Positions 9,428 through 18,979 are shown, numbered from the stretch's first letter. The stretch is DNA of 55,733 bases from Nitrospirota bacterium (GCA_015484595.1 WFMM01000053.1:1-55733), one strand, 5' to 3'. The notes: generated by a model from the sequence alone, not told the origin. Program-made: numbers and translations.

Positions 9428-10030
9428 ATGAAGCTTACGAAGGCACAAAAGAGGGTCCTGGATTTTATACTCCAGCATATCAGAGAAAGGGGATATCCTC
9501 CCACTGTAAGGGAGGTGGCCAGGGCCTTTGGCTACCGAAGTCCCCTTTCGGCAAAACAGCACATAGATGCGCTTGTGCGAAAGGGTTACCTCAGGCGTGC
9601 CTCAGGTGTATCAAGAGGGCTGTCGCTGGCGATGCCACTTTCTAATGCATCAAGCCTTAGCCTTCCTGTGGTAGGCACGATCAGGGCTGGCTCTCCAATA
9701 CTTGCTACGGAAAACATAGAGGAGTACATAACCGTAAGCAGAGAGCTCTTTCCCCTTGAGGAGGGGTTTGGCCTCAGGGTGGTTGGAGACAGCATGAAGG
9801 ACGCTGGCATCCTTGAGGGAGACATTGTAATAGTGCGCCCGGGAGTTGAACCCACACAGGGTGACATTGTGGTTGCCCTCGTGGAAGATGAAGCCACTGT
9901 AAAGAGACTGTTTATAGAGGATGGGACGGTGATATTAAAGCCAGAGCATCCTGATATGAGGCCCATGAGGTTTAAAGCAGCAGATGTCAAGATTCTTGGA
10001 AAAGTAGTTGGGCTTATAAGGAGGTTCTGA
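9428..10030 (+). CDS. lexA: SOS repressor LexA
   Basis: N-terminal wHTH GYPPTVREVA..FG, cleavage site IRAG(S)P, catalytic GDSM and ATVKR. ATG at 9428 follows SD AGGGGTG. Confidence 0.95.
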   Translation: MKLTKAQKRVLDFILQHIRERGYPPTVREVARAFGYRSPLSAKQHIDALVRKGYLRRASGVSRGLSLAMPLSNASSLSLPVVGTIRAGSPILATENIEEYITVSRELFPLEEGFGLRVVGDSMKDAGILEGDIVIVRPGVEPTQGDIVVALVEDEATVKRLFIEDGTVILKPEHPDMRPMRFKAADVKILGKVVGLIRRF

Positions 10031-10031
10031 G

Positions 10032-10286
10032 ATGGTTGAGATAGATGAGCCTGTGGCAGTGGTGGCAACCTTTTATCAGGGAAGAATAAGACCAGAGAGA
10101 TTCAGGTGGAATGGAAGGCTTATCCAGGTTAAAAAGGTCACCTACCACTGGATTGAGAGGGATGGCCTGAGAGAGGTGCATTCCTTTTCTGTGACAGACG
10201 GTAAGACCCTATACAACCTCTCCTACGAGACCGACACCCTTTCGTGGAGGCTTCAGGCCGTGGAAACGGAAGGGGATAATTTATGA
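10032..10286 (+). CDS. Small DUF6504-like protein (resembles the C-terminal domain of ImuB-type proteins)
   Basis: P..F.W.GR...V......W....(HSFSV)...G..Y.L.Y.....W.L pattern; starts 1 nt after the lexA stop. Confidence 0.65.
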   Translation: MVEIDEPVAVVATFYQGRIRPERFRWNGRLIQVKKVTYHWIERDGLREVHSFSVTDGKTLYNLSYETDTLSWRLQAVETEGDNL

Positions 10287-10340
10287 TTTAAGATTTAAGA
10301 TTTTAGATCTTAGATTTGGGGTTTGGGATTTGGGATATTG
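10286..10340. repeat. Degenerate heptamer tandem array (GATTTAA/GATTTTA/GATTTGG)
   Basis: gatttaa gatttaa gatttta gatctta gatttgg ggtttgg gatttgg gatattg. Confidence 0.8.
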
Positions 10341-10435
10341 CCTTTGATGGTATAATAGGGCATGGTACCCACCCTGCTGGACAGAAGCGGGGCTCCTGCT
10401 TCCCTATTTCAGGCAGCAGCCTGAAGACAGTTAAA

Positions 10436-10768
10436 GTGAAGCACAAAAGGTACTGCGTTAAGACCTGCATCTATATTCCCCTTACTGTCTTTGTCTTTTG
10501 CCTGGCAGGATTGCTCGTTACCATCTTCGGGGTAAGAGACAGGATTGCAATTGAAGAGGAAGAACGCTTATGCATTATGATACAGACCCATCAATTGCTC
10601 CATAATCCCATTGAGCGGATGATTATAGTGAAGACCGTGGTGGAGAGAAAGTACGGAAGCACTGTATGGACAGGTGCATATACACTTTTTGGTCTCAGGT
10701 ATGCAGAGGTAAGAGCTGTTTGTGACGGAGAGGCAGAGGTGTTATGGAGGCGGTGGTTTGGCAGATGA
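10436..10768 (+). CDS. Hypothetical single-TM protein (start uncertain, GTG 10436 chosen)
   Basis: Hydrophobic stretch IYIPLTVFVFCLAGLLVTIFGV; upstream TGGTATAAT extended -10 at about 10348-10356. The ORF-track N-terminus runs through the repeat array. Confidence 0.5.
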   Translation: MKHKRYCVKTCIYIPLTVFVFCLAGLLVTIFGVRDRIAIEEEERLCIMIQTHQLLHNPIERMIIVKTVVERKYGSTVWTGAYTLFGLRYAEVRAVCDGEAEVLWRRWFGR

Positions 10769-10773
10769 AAAAG

Positions 10774-11208
10774 CTAACCAACAAGAGGATTCTTTACAGT
10801 AATGCCTTTAAAGCGGCTGAAGTCACGATCGGCGCTCCAGAGTTCCTTCACGCCATGTTCAGTGCATATTGCGGCAACTCTTGCATCGTGCACCATTGGA
10901 CCCTTTATCTTTCCCTTCTTTATAGAATCCCTGAGTACAGACCAGTGCATCTCTGTCTCAGAAAGGAGCACCAGAGAAGGGGACTCCAGCCATGCCTCTA
11001 CCTGTTTGATAGCTATATCCCGAGGACTTGGTGGATTAAAGATTCCTGGATGGGTAACGATTGCCAGAAACTCATGAATGCAGGGCCAGGGGATTGCCCA
11101 GGATTTGTGTCCTTCGGCCAGGGTCTTTATACACCTGAAGGCCTCTTTATGCCAGGGTGTGTCCTCTCTGTGGGCATAGACAAGAATGTTTGTATCAACT
11201 GCAATCAT
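10774..11208 (-). CDS. vapC: VapC-family PIN-domain toxin
   Basis: IAVDTNILVYA, HEFLAIVT, VHDARVAA, LWSADRDF. Confidence 0.92.
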   Translation of the reverse strand: MIAVDTNILVYAHREDTPWHKEAFRCIKTLAEGHKSWAIPWPCIHEFLAIVTHPGIFNPPSPRDIAIKQVEAWLESPSLVLLSETEMHWSVLRDSIKKGKIKGPMVHDARVAAICTEHGVKELWSADRDFSRFKGITVKNPLVG

Positions 11209-11450
11209 CCACCCCTGCCCTGGTATATCTGTCTTCTTATCTCCTCCCAGGAGGCATCTCTGAACTCAGGAGAAAGCCCCCTGCCCTTGAAGGTAGCCTT
11301 TTTAAGGCGGAATGTCCTCTGTCGTTTTTTCTCTTCCACCACCCGCCTGAGACCTTCCTCAATGAGTGCCTTCAAGGTGGTGTTGTCTCGTCTGGCAATC
11401 TTCCTGGCCTCTTCAAAAAGACCATCAGCAATATCTACGGTTGTTTTCAT
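11205..11450 (-). CDS. VapB-like ribbon-helix-helix antitoxin
   Basis: MKTTVDIADGLFEEARKIA...TLKALIEEGLR; ATGA overlap with vapC; TTGACA upstream on the minus strand (11482-11487). Confidence 0.85.
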   Translation of the reverse strand: MKTTVDIADGLFEEARKIARRDNTTLKALIEEGLRRVVEEKKRQRTFRLKKATFKGRGLSPEFRDASWEEIRRQIYQGRGG

Positions 11451-11513
11451 ATATCTATATATATCACATAATATTGCTCTATGTCAAAGGAAGATGACTT
11501 CCTCTGAAAGAGA

Positions 11514-12743
11514 ATGCTGGCTATGGAAAGGGTGATACTTTTAATAGACATGGATGCCTTCTTTGCCTCGGTGGAGCAGCAGTCTAATCCGTCCCTGAGG
11601 GGTAAGCCCATTGCCGTAGTTGGTGCTGGAAAAAGAACCGTGGTTACCACTTCATCATACGAGGCAAGGGCACGGGGGGTAAAGACCGGCATGAACCTCT
11701 ACGAGGCAAAGCAGGTCTGCCCTGAGCTTACAGTGGTGGTGGGCAACAACCACAAGTACACCTATACATGCACAAAGCTCAGGGAGCTTTATCTCCAATA
11801 CACACCCGATGTGGAGATATACTCGGTGGATGAGGCATTTCTTGATGTTACCACCACAGAGCACCTCTTTGGAGGGCCCCTTCAGATAGGAAAGATGATA
11901 AAAAGGGAGATAAAGAGGCGTTTTGGAATAAATGCCACCGTTGGTATTGGCCCAAACAAACTGATTGCCAAACTTGCAGCCGACCTTTCAAAGCCTGATG
12001 GCCTTAGGTGGATAAAAAAACAGGATGTGCCCCATGTGCTTGAGAATCTGCCAGTGGAGGAGCTCTGGGGAGTGGGAAAGCGTATGGCAGAGCACCTTGG
12101 GAGGCTTGGCATAAGGACCTGTGGAGAGCTTGCCCGCACACCGGTTGGGGTGCTAAGGAGCCGATTCGGCATTGTGGGCGAGCACCTTAAACGCATGGCA
12201 CAGGGGCTTGATGACTCGCCTGTGGTGGCAGATGGTGAAGAAACAGAGGATGTAAAGTCCATAGGCCACAGCATGACCCTGCCAGAGGATGTCCACAGGA
12301 TGCCCGAGATCAGGGCCTATTTGCTTTTACTTTGCGACAGGGTCTCATTCAGGGCAAGGCAGTACGGATACAAGGGCAGAACAGTCACGCTGATTATACG
12401 GTACAGGAGTTTTGAGACCTTCTCGGTAAGAAAAAAACTCGACACGCCCACTGACGACAGCCACAGGCTGTTCAGGGCGGTCTGCGAGCTCCTGGATGGT
12501 TTGCGACTGAGGGAGCCGGTGAGGCTTCTTGGGGTCTCAATGGGCTCTCTGCAAAGGCAGTCAGGACAGCTTGCCCTGTTCCCTGAGCAGGACCGCAGAA
12601 GAAGGCTTCTTGAGACCATGGACAGGATAAACCTTCGCCACGGCCTGAGAAGTATCGTATGGGCAGCAACCCTTGAGCCAAAAAGGCAGCCAGGGGTGAT
12701 ATCCCCTGCCTGGCGGCCAGAGGGGGTGCACAGAAGTCTTTAG
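11514..12743 (+). CDS. dinB: Y-family DNA polymerase IV
   Basis: IDMDAFFASVEQ, SYEAR..GVKTGM, YSVDEAFLD, KLAADLSKPDG, clamp motif QLALF, C-terminal DRIN.RHG...SPAW tail. Confidence 0.93.
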   Translation: MLAMERVILLIDMDAFFASVEQQSNPSLRGKPIAVVGAGKRTVVTTSSYEARARGVKTGMNLYEAKQVCPELTVVVGNNHKYTYTCTKLRELYLQYTPDVEIYSVDEAFLDVTTTEHLFGGPLQIGKMIKREIKRRFGINATVGIGPNKLIAKLAADLSKPDGLRWIKKQDVPHVLENLPVEELWGVGKRMAEHLGRLGIRTCGELARTPVGVLRSRFGIVGEHLKRMAQGLDDSPVVADGEETEDVKSIGHSMTLPEDVHRMPEIRAYLLLLCDRVSFRARQYGYKGRTVTLIIRYRSFETFSVRKKLDTPTDDSHRLFRAVCELLDGLRLREPVRLLGVSMGSLQRQSGQLALFPEQDRRRRLLETMDRINLRHGLRSIVWAATLEPKRQPGVISPAWRPEGVHRSL

Positions 12744-12775
12744 TGTAACAATACAGAAGTCTTTAGTGTAACAAT
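12730..12775. repeat. Perfect 23-bp tandem duplication overlapping the dinB stop
   Basis: ACAGAAGTCTTTAGTGTAACAAT x2 (12730-12752, 12753-12775). Confidence 0.95.
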
Positions 12776-12828
12776 ATAGATCTTAGATGCTTTGATTCCG
12801 TAGCCCTGGAAGGTGGTAGTTAACGCCA

Positions 12829-14241
12829 TCAGTGGTGCATTGCCATGTCGGCCGGGCTTCCAAGGCCAATGGAATCGAGATAGCTGTATATCTCTTTCAG
12901 CCCCTTTTTGATTGCCCTTTTTCCGTAAAGTCCAATGCCTGCGTAAAACCACTCAAACCTGGCAAGGTTCTTAAGTATATACTTCCATGAATAAAACCTT
13001 GCCATTGCCTTGAGGGTCTCTATCTGAAGTGTGACAGGGTCAAGTTCCTTTGGCCTGAACACTATGTGATGGGCATCGTATTTACTCCAGTCTGTATGAA
13101 GAAGCCTTCCCTCATCGCGCATTTCGTAAAAGAAGGGCGTGCCTGGAAGTGGGGTAAGTATCACGAACTGAACCGTGTCAATGCCTAACTTTATCGCGAA
13201 GTCTGCAGTCTTTCTTATTGTGTCAACATCGTCTGTGTCTGCACCGAGCACGAACATGCCGTGTATGTAGATGCCGTGATCCTTTACTGCTTTTATGCAT
13301 CGCACAATGTCATCTAAGTCCTGACTTTTGTTGTATGCCTTAAGGGTGCGTGGGTTTATGGACTCAAACCCGATGTATGTGGTGTCACAGCCAGAGTCAG
13401 CCATGAGTTTCAGGAGTTCCTCATCTCTTGCCACATCAGTGCGGACCTGTGCAGACCACTTAAACTTTATGCGCTCTGATAGCACAGCCCGGAGTATCTC
13501 CTTTGTCCTTTTCTTGTTAGCCGTGAAGTTGTCGTCAACGATAAACTTGGTTGCCTTTGAGATACTTGAGACATAGCGGAACTCTTCAACGGTCTTTTCA
13601 ACCGACTTAAAACGATACTTTCTTCCAAACATCTGGATGACCGAGCAGAACTTACAGTTAAAGGGGCAGCCACGGGATGTGGATACAGGATAGATGTTTG
13701 AAGGGTTCCATTTGTGCACGAGGCTGAAGTCTGGCTCGGGCAGACTGTCAAGGTCGGTTATTAAAGGATAGGGAGGGTTGTTTATCACTTTTCCGTCTCT
13801 GTCTTTGTAAGAGATGCCCTTTATGTCCTTAAGCGGAGGCTTTCCAGTGCTTAGGTGTCTTACCAGTGCTGGAAGCGAGTAGTCACCCTCACCTCTTACC
13901 ACGAAGTCAGCATGCTCAAGGGCCTCATCGGTCATGAAAGAGGGGTGCGCACCCCCGATTATTACAGGGATACCCTTTTCTCTCAAACGATCAGCGATAA
14001 TGTAGGCCCTTACTGCAGTGGGTGTGATGGTGGAGATGCAGACGAGATCAGAGTTTTCTATATATGACCAGTCTGGCTCTGCTGTATCTTCGATAAAGGC
14101 CTTTACCTCAAAGCCCATGTCACGGAGTATCGTGGAAAGGAGCACTGCACCAAGCCGTGGGATGGGAAATTTGCTGTAAACATGTGCTCCAGGAGAGCGT
14201 GCCTCAATAAATGAAATCCTTCTAACTTCCATTTCATCCAT
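12829..14241 (-). CDS. B12-binding-domain radical SAM protein
   Basis: IGGAHPS, RGEGD, TSRGCPFNCKFC, DDNF, GFES, TPLPGT; ATG at 14241 preferred. Confidence 0.9.
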   Translation of the reverse strand: MDEMEVRRISFIEARSPGAHVYSKFPIPRLGAVLLSTILRDMGFEVKAFIEDTAEPDWSYIENSDLVCISTITPTAVRAYIIADRLREKGIPVIIGGAHPSFMTDEALEHADFVVRGEGDYSLPALVRHLSTGKPPLKDIKGISYKDRDGKVINNPPYPLITDLDSLPEPDFSLVHKWNPSNIYPVSTSRGCPFNCKFCSVIQMFGRKYRFKSVEKTVEEFRYVSSISKATKFIVDDNFTANKKRTKEILRAVLSERIKFKWSAQVRTDVARDEELLKLMADSGCDTTYIGFESINPRTLKAYNKSQDLDDIVRCIKAVKDHGIYIHGMFVLGADTDDVDTIRKTADFAIKLGIDTVQFVILTPLPGTPFFYEMRDEGRLLHTDWSKYDAHHIVFRPKELDPVTLQIETLKAMARFYSWKYILKNLARFEWFYAGIGLYGKRAIKKGLKEIYSYLDSIGLGSPADMAMHH

Positions 14242-14287
14242 TATACGCCTTTTTGTCCTGAAATGCAATAGGTGAGGGTTGAATCAA

Positions 14288-14525
14288 GAGTTATGAGTGT
14301 TGAGTGTTGAGTTTATGGTTTTTTTACTAAACACTCAAAGCTATGCACTCAAAACTAAGAACTACTCCCTACACGCTACACCCTGTCTTTCAGAGCAGAA
14401 GCGCAGAAGTGCGGAAGTGCAGAAGGTTTGGGGAATTGAAAAATTAGAATTTAGTATTTGTTTAGGATTTAGAGATTAGGATTTAGGATTTTTTGTTTAC
14501 TATATGCTCTGTGTCCTCTGTGGTT
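14288..14525 (+). repeat. Modular palindromic intergenic element, copy A
   Basis: (GAGTGTT)n arm, core CTATGCACTCAAAAC (14341), CTACACCCT, 8-mer GCAGAAGT x4, (TTAGGAT)n, CTCTGTG..CTCTGTGGTT tail. Confidence 0.9.
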
Positions 14526-14569
14526 GGGTTTTATGCTATGTTCAAAGTCGTGATAAAATAAGACTGGTA

Positions 14570-16858
14570 ATGAAGAGGGTACTGATAAGGATAAGGGGAC
14601 GGGTACAGGGCGTTGGTTTCAGACCTCATGTCTTTAACCTCGCAACAGCACTTTCCCTTAAGGGCACCGTGAAAAACTCCTCAAAGGGCGTTACCATAGA
14701 CATTGAGGGAGAAAGGGTTGATGAGTTTATTAAACGGCTTAGAACATCGCCTCCACCACTTGCCGAGATAGAGGAGATCCATACCGAGGAACTTCCACCT
14801 GTCAATTACAGCGACTTCAGCATACTTCACAGCGAGGAAGAAGGCAGTTTTACCCATGTCTCACCTGATGTCTCAATTTGTGATGACTGCCTTAAAGAGA
14901 TGCTTGAGCCTTCAGACAGACGGTATCTTTATCCCTTTATAAACTGCACAAACTGTGGTCCCCGCTATTCCATAACCCTTAAACTTCCCTACGACAGGCC
15001 AAACACCACGATGAAGGTCTTTCAGATGTGCAGTGATTGCCTCAGGGAGTATCAGGACCCCAGGGACCGAAGATTTCACGCTCAGCCAAATGCCTGTCCT
15101 TCATGCGGTCCTTCTCTGACATTCAGGCTTACAAACAGAGAGCTTGAACACCTTTTGACTGAAGACCCGCTTGAAAGCACCATAAGGCTCATTCAGACTG
15201 GAGGTGTGGTTGCGATAAAGGGGCTTGGTGGGTTTCACATTGCCTGTGATGCCCTTAATACCAGGGCTGTGGAAAGACTGAGGGTGAGAAAGCGGAAAAG
15301 CAACAAGCCCTTTGCCCTGATGGCACCTGAGATTGATGCTGTAAAAAGGTTTGTTCATTTAGAGTCTGAGGATGAGCGTCTACTTTCTTCAAATAAAAGA
15401 CCAATAGTTCTTTTAAGAAAAAAAGAGAGATGCCCGATTCCTGAGGCAGTGGCTCCAAAAAACAGCTACCTTGGTTTTATGCTTCCCTACACACCCCTGC
15501 ACTATCTGCTTTTTTACTACCCTGTCAGTGGAGTTGCTCAGCCGAACTTTCAGTGTCTGATAATGACAAGTGGCAATCTTAGGGAGGAGCCCATAATTCA
15601 CAGAAACCAGGATGCCCTGGAGAGGCTTTCTCCTCTGGTTGATGCCTTTTTGTTTCACGACAGGGAGATTTTTATGAGGGTTGACGACTCGGTGATAAAG
15701 GAGGGGGTATTTATAAGGCGGGCAAGGGGATATGTGCCAGAGCCTGTAATGCTTGATGATGAGGGGCCTGAGGTGCTTGCCGTTGGGGCTGACCTTAAAA
15801 ACACCTTTACCCTTACCAGGGAACACTATGCAGTGGTCAGTCAGCACATCGGGGACATGGAAAACTTTGAGACCCTCTGTTTTTTTGAGGAGGTGCTTGA
15901 AAACCTGAAGTCTCTATACAGGATAAACCCGATGCACATAGCAGCAGACCTTCATCCTTCCTACATGAGCCGTCAGTGGGCAGAAAGGCAGGGTATTCCT
16001 GTTACTTACATCCAGCACCACCATGCACATGCAGCCGCTGTTATGGCAGAGCATGGAATTAAAGAGCAGGTCTTTGCAGTGGTTCTTGACGGCACAGGGT
16101 ATGGAACCGACGGGACAGTCTGGGGTGGAGAGTTTCTTATGGCAGGTATTGATGGTTTTAAGAGGCTTGCCCACTTTGAATACCTGCGCCTTCCAGGTGG
16201 TGAGATGGCAATAAAGGAGCCCTGGAGAATAGCCGTATCGGTTATTAATGACCTTTATGGAGGGCAATCTCAAAGATACCTAAGTGCCCTTGGATATTAC
16301 GATAGATTCCCGCCTGCGCAGATAGAAAGCATAAGAAAGATATCAAGGCTAACCCATTTCAGTCCCAAAAGTTCAGGCGCTGGACGGCTTTTTGATCTGG
16401 TTGCATCAATCACTGGGCTCGTTGACCTTAACACCTATGAGGCAGAGGCCCCGATAGCCCTTGAGTCCATGGTATGTGATGCGGTGGATGAGGGGTACGG
16501 GTTTAGCATCCTGACCGACTCAATACCCTGGAGGGTGAGCTTCAAAAAGGCTCTTAATCAGATGATTGATGGGGTTCTTAGGGGTGAGGCGGTTGAAATT
16601 ATCTCCACAAGGTTTCATAATACAGTGGCTGAGGCTGTCTGTGAGGTTATGGAGAGACTGAGAGATAGGGAAGGTGGCCTGGCCAAGGTGGTGCTTTCAG
16701 GTGGTGTTTTTCAGAATGTTTATCTTTTAAGGAGGATCAAAAAGGGGCTTAAGAGCAGGGGATTTCAGGTCTATTTTCATAAGAGGCTTCCACCAAACGA
16801 TGCCTGTATATCCCTTGGGCAGGCCTATATTTTAAGAGAAAGGCTTAATGGTTTATGA
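14570..16858 (+). CDS. hypF: Hydrogenase maturation carbamoyltransferase HypF
   Basis: Acylphosphatase domain GRVQGVGFRP, Zn fingers CDDC/CTNCGPR/CSDC/CPSCGP, KGLGGFH, QHHHAH, DGTGYG, PPND. Confidence 0.97.
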   Translation: MKRVLIRIRGRVQGVGFRPHVFNLATALSLKGTVKNSSKGVTIDIEGERVDEFIKRLRTSPPPLAEIEEIHTEELPPVNYSDFSILHSEEEGSFTHVSPDVSICDDCLKEMLEPSDRRYLYPFINCTNCGPRYSITLKLPYDRPNTTMKVFQMCSDCLREYQDPRDRRFHAQPNACPSCGPSLTFRLTNRELEHLLTEDPLESTIRLIQTGGVVAIKGLGGFHIACDALNTRAVERLRVRKRKSNKPFALMAPEIDAVKRFVHLESEDERLLSSNKRPIVLLRKKERCPIPEAVAPKNSYLGFMLPYTPLHYLLFYYPVSGVAQPNFQCLIMTSGNLREEPIIHRNQDALERLSPLVDAFLFHDREIFMRVDDSVIKEGVFIRRARGYVPEPVMLDDEGPEVLAVGADLKNTFTLTREHYAVVSQHIGDMENFETLCFFEEVLENLKSLYRINPMHIAADLHPSYMSRQWAERQGIPVTYIQHHHAHAAAVMAEHGIKEQVFAVVLDGTGYGTDGTVWGGEFLMAGIDGFKRLAHFEYLRLPGGEMAIKEPWRIAVSVINDLYGGQSQRYLSALGYYDRFPPAQIESIRKISRLTHFSPKSSGAGRLFDLVASITGLVDLNTYEAEAPIALESMVCDAVDEGYGFSILTDSIPWRVSFKKALNQMIDGVLRGEAVEIISTRFHNTVAEAVCEVMERLRDREGGLAKVVLSGGVFQNVYLLRRIKKGLKSRGFQVYFHKRLPPNDACISLGQAYILRERLNGL

Positions 16859-17922
16859 AAAAAGCCGATGCAATAAGAGGATATCTTGAGAGGATTATGC
16901 AGAAGATCGGGCGGCCTGTTCGCCTGATGGAGGTCTGTGGCACTCACACGGTCAGCATCTTTCGTCACGGGATAAGGTCTCTGCTGCCAGAGGGGCTTGA
17001 GCTTTTAAGCGGCCCTGGCTGCCCTGTTTGTGTTACATCCATTGAAGACATCGACAGGGCGATTAAGATTTCGGAACAAAGCGGAGCAATCCTTACCACC
17101 TTTGGCGACATGATGAGAGTCCCTGGCTCATACAGGAGCTTTTATGAGGCACGGGCAGAGGGGGCTGACATAAGGTTTGTCTATTCACCCTCAGATGCCC
17201 TGCGTCTTGCAAAAAAGACCCCTGAGCGGAAGGTGGTCTTTTTTGGAGCAGGCTTTGAGACCACCTCTCCCCTTGTTGCCTCGGTGATTAAGGTGGCCCT
17301 GGAAGAGGGGATTAAAAACTTCTATGTCTATTCGGTTCACAAGCTTGTGCCACCAGCACTGAGGGCACTTTTGCAGGATAAAGAGGTCAGGGTGGATGGG
17401 TTTATACTGCCAGGGCATGTAAGCACCATAATCGGCATAAGGCCCTATGAGTTTTTGGCATCAGAGTTTAACCGTCCAGGTGTGATAACCGGGTTTTCAC
17501 CTGATGAGATCATCGAGGGAGTGGGTATGTTACTAAGGCAGATTGCCTCAGGCAGGGCAGAGATAGAGATTCAGTACAAAAAGGTGGTAAGACCTGAAGG
17601 AAACCCGCAGGCCTTAAAAATCCTTTACGAGGTCTTTTCCGAGGCAGACTCCTACTGGCGGGGCATCGGAAACATCCCCTTAAGTGGGCTTGAACCATCA
17701 GAAAGATACAGCTTCGTGGATGCAAAAAGGGTGTTTGACATATCTGTGCAATCAAAACCCGAGCCAAAGGCATGCTCCTGTGGTGAGGTGCTAAGGGGGG
17801 TTAAAAAGCCAACGGACTGCCCGCTCTTTGGCAAGGCCTGTACCCCTGAAAGACCAGTGGGAGCCTGTATGGTAAGCACAGAGGGAAGCTGTTCAGCCTA
17901 TTACAGGTACGGAAGGTATTAG
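16855..17922 (+). CDS. hypD: Hydrogenase maturation protein HypD
   Basis: MEVCGTHT, GPGCPVCV, GFETT, PGHVS, CMVSTEGSC. Confidence 0.97.
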   Translation: MKKADAIRGYLERIMQKIGRPVRLMEVCGTHTVSIFRHGIRSLLPEGLELLSGPGCPVCVTSIEDIDRAIKISEQSGAILTTFGDMMRVPGSYRSFYEARAEGADIRFVYSPSDALRLAKKTPERKVVFFGAGFETTSPLVASVIKVALEEGIKNFYVYSVHKLVPPALRALLQDKEVRVDGFILPGHVSTIIGIRPYEFLASEFNRPGVITGFSPDEIIEGVGMLLRQIASGRAEIEIQYKKVVRPEGNPQALKILYEVFSEADSYWRGIGNIPLSGLEPSERYSFVDAKRVFDISVQSKPEPKACSCGEVLRGVKKPTDCPLFGKACTPERPVGACMVSTEGSCSAYYRYGRY

Positions 17923-18665
17923 TCTTCAGTACATAGGGTGTTTATCCTGTGGGCAAGGCAACCTGCGCCAAAGCCGTTGTCTATGTTTACCACTGCAATG
18001 CCAGGCACGCAGGAGTTAAGCATGGAAAAAAGTGCTGTAAGACCGCCAAAGGATGTGCCGTAACCTGTGGATGTTGGCACTGCTACGATTACCTTATCTG
18101 TAAGTCCACCCACCACAGAGGGCAAAGCCCCCTCCATACCGGCAACCACAACCAGCACCCTGGCCTTTTGTATATCCTCTTTGTAGTTAAAAAGCCTGTG
18201 TATCCCTGCCACTCCCACATCCAGTATGGTCTTAACGCTGCTTCCAAGAAAGGATGCAGTAAGTGCTGCCTCCTCAGCCACTGGCAGGTCAGAGGTGCCT
18301 GCAGAAAGCACGAGCACCGAGCCTGTCTTTTTCTTTTCCTCACCTGCCATGATTATGCGGGAGGCAGGATAAAACCTTGCAGCCCTGATGCGTAATGCCC
18401 TTTTTATCTCCTCTGAGGCTCGGGTGATAAGGAGTCTTTTAGACTTCCTGTAAATACTCCTTGCAATACTTACCACATCCTCAGTGGATTTTCCCTCGGC
18501 AAAAACCACCTCAGGAATTCCCTGTCGTAGGTGGCGGTGATGGTCAACATGTGAGTTGGTAAGCCTTTCAAAGGGCAGGTCTTTCAGCCTTTCAAGGGCC
18601 TCTTTCTTGGAGATACTGCCCTTTGCAACCCCTTCAAGCAGGCTTTTTATTTCTTCAATATTCAT
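17919..18665 (-). CDS. larB: Nickel-pincer cofactor biosynthesis protein LarB (PurE-like)
   Basis: DHHR..RQG.PEVVFAEGK, AGTSDLPVAEEA, DVGVAGIHRL, AGMEGALPSVV, VPTS.GYG, VNIDNGFGAG. Confidence 0.92.
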   Translation of the reverse strand: MNIEEIKSLLEGVAKGSISKKEALERLKDLPFERLTNSHVDHHRHLRQGIPEVVFAEGKSTEDVVSIARSIYRKSKRLLITRASEEIKRALRIRAARFYPASRIIMAGEEKKKTGSVLVLSAGTSDLPVAEEAALTASFLGSSVKTILDVGVAGIHRLFNYKEDIQKARVLVVVAGMEGALPSVVGGLTDKVIVAVPTSTGYGTSFGGLTALFSMLNSCVPGIAVVNIDNGFGAGCLAHRINTLCTED

Positions 18666-18689
18666 ATTTCCGAACTATTTCGATATCTT

Positions 18690-18979
18690 AACCACAGAGA
18701 ACACAGAGCACACAGAGCACACAGAGTATATAGTAAAACAAAAAATCCTAAATCCTAAACATTACAGGGTGTAGGGGGTAGTTTTTAGTGTTGAGTGCAT
18801 AGTTTTTAGTGTTTAGTAAAGAGACTAACTCATCACTCAAAATTCAACACTCAACACTAACTAAACCCCCCAATCCCACCCAACGCAATTAACACTATTA
18901 ACCCGATAAACGCTATTAACGCAATTAACGCAAAAAACGCTATTAACTCGATAAACGCTATCAACGCAACTAACGCAAT
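18690..18979 (-). repeat. Modular palindromic intergenic element, copy B
   Basis: On the minus strand: 9-mer (TTGCGTTAA-like) x~11, GGGTGGGATTGGGGGG, (GAGTGTT)n, core CTATGCACTCAA (18791-18802), CTACACCCTG, TTAGGAT x2, (CTCTGTGTG) x4. Confidence 0.92.

Noticed and set aside
10358-10430. Fluoride riboswitch or 6S-like fragment in the leader of the orphan gene
   Set aside because: Lacks GATG and CTGATGAC; the similarity is limited to a short hairpin.
10744-11692. ORFs 10744..11535 (+), 11157..11471 (+) and 11447..11692 (-)
   Set aside because: Antisense shadows of vapBC and dinB with no recognisable motifs. The same applies to the many short antisense ORFs over housekeeping genes.
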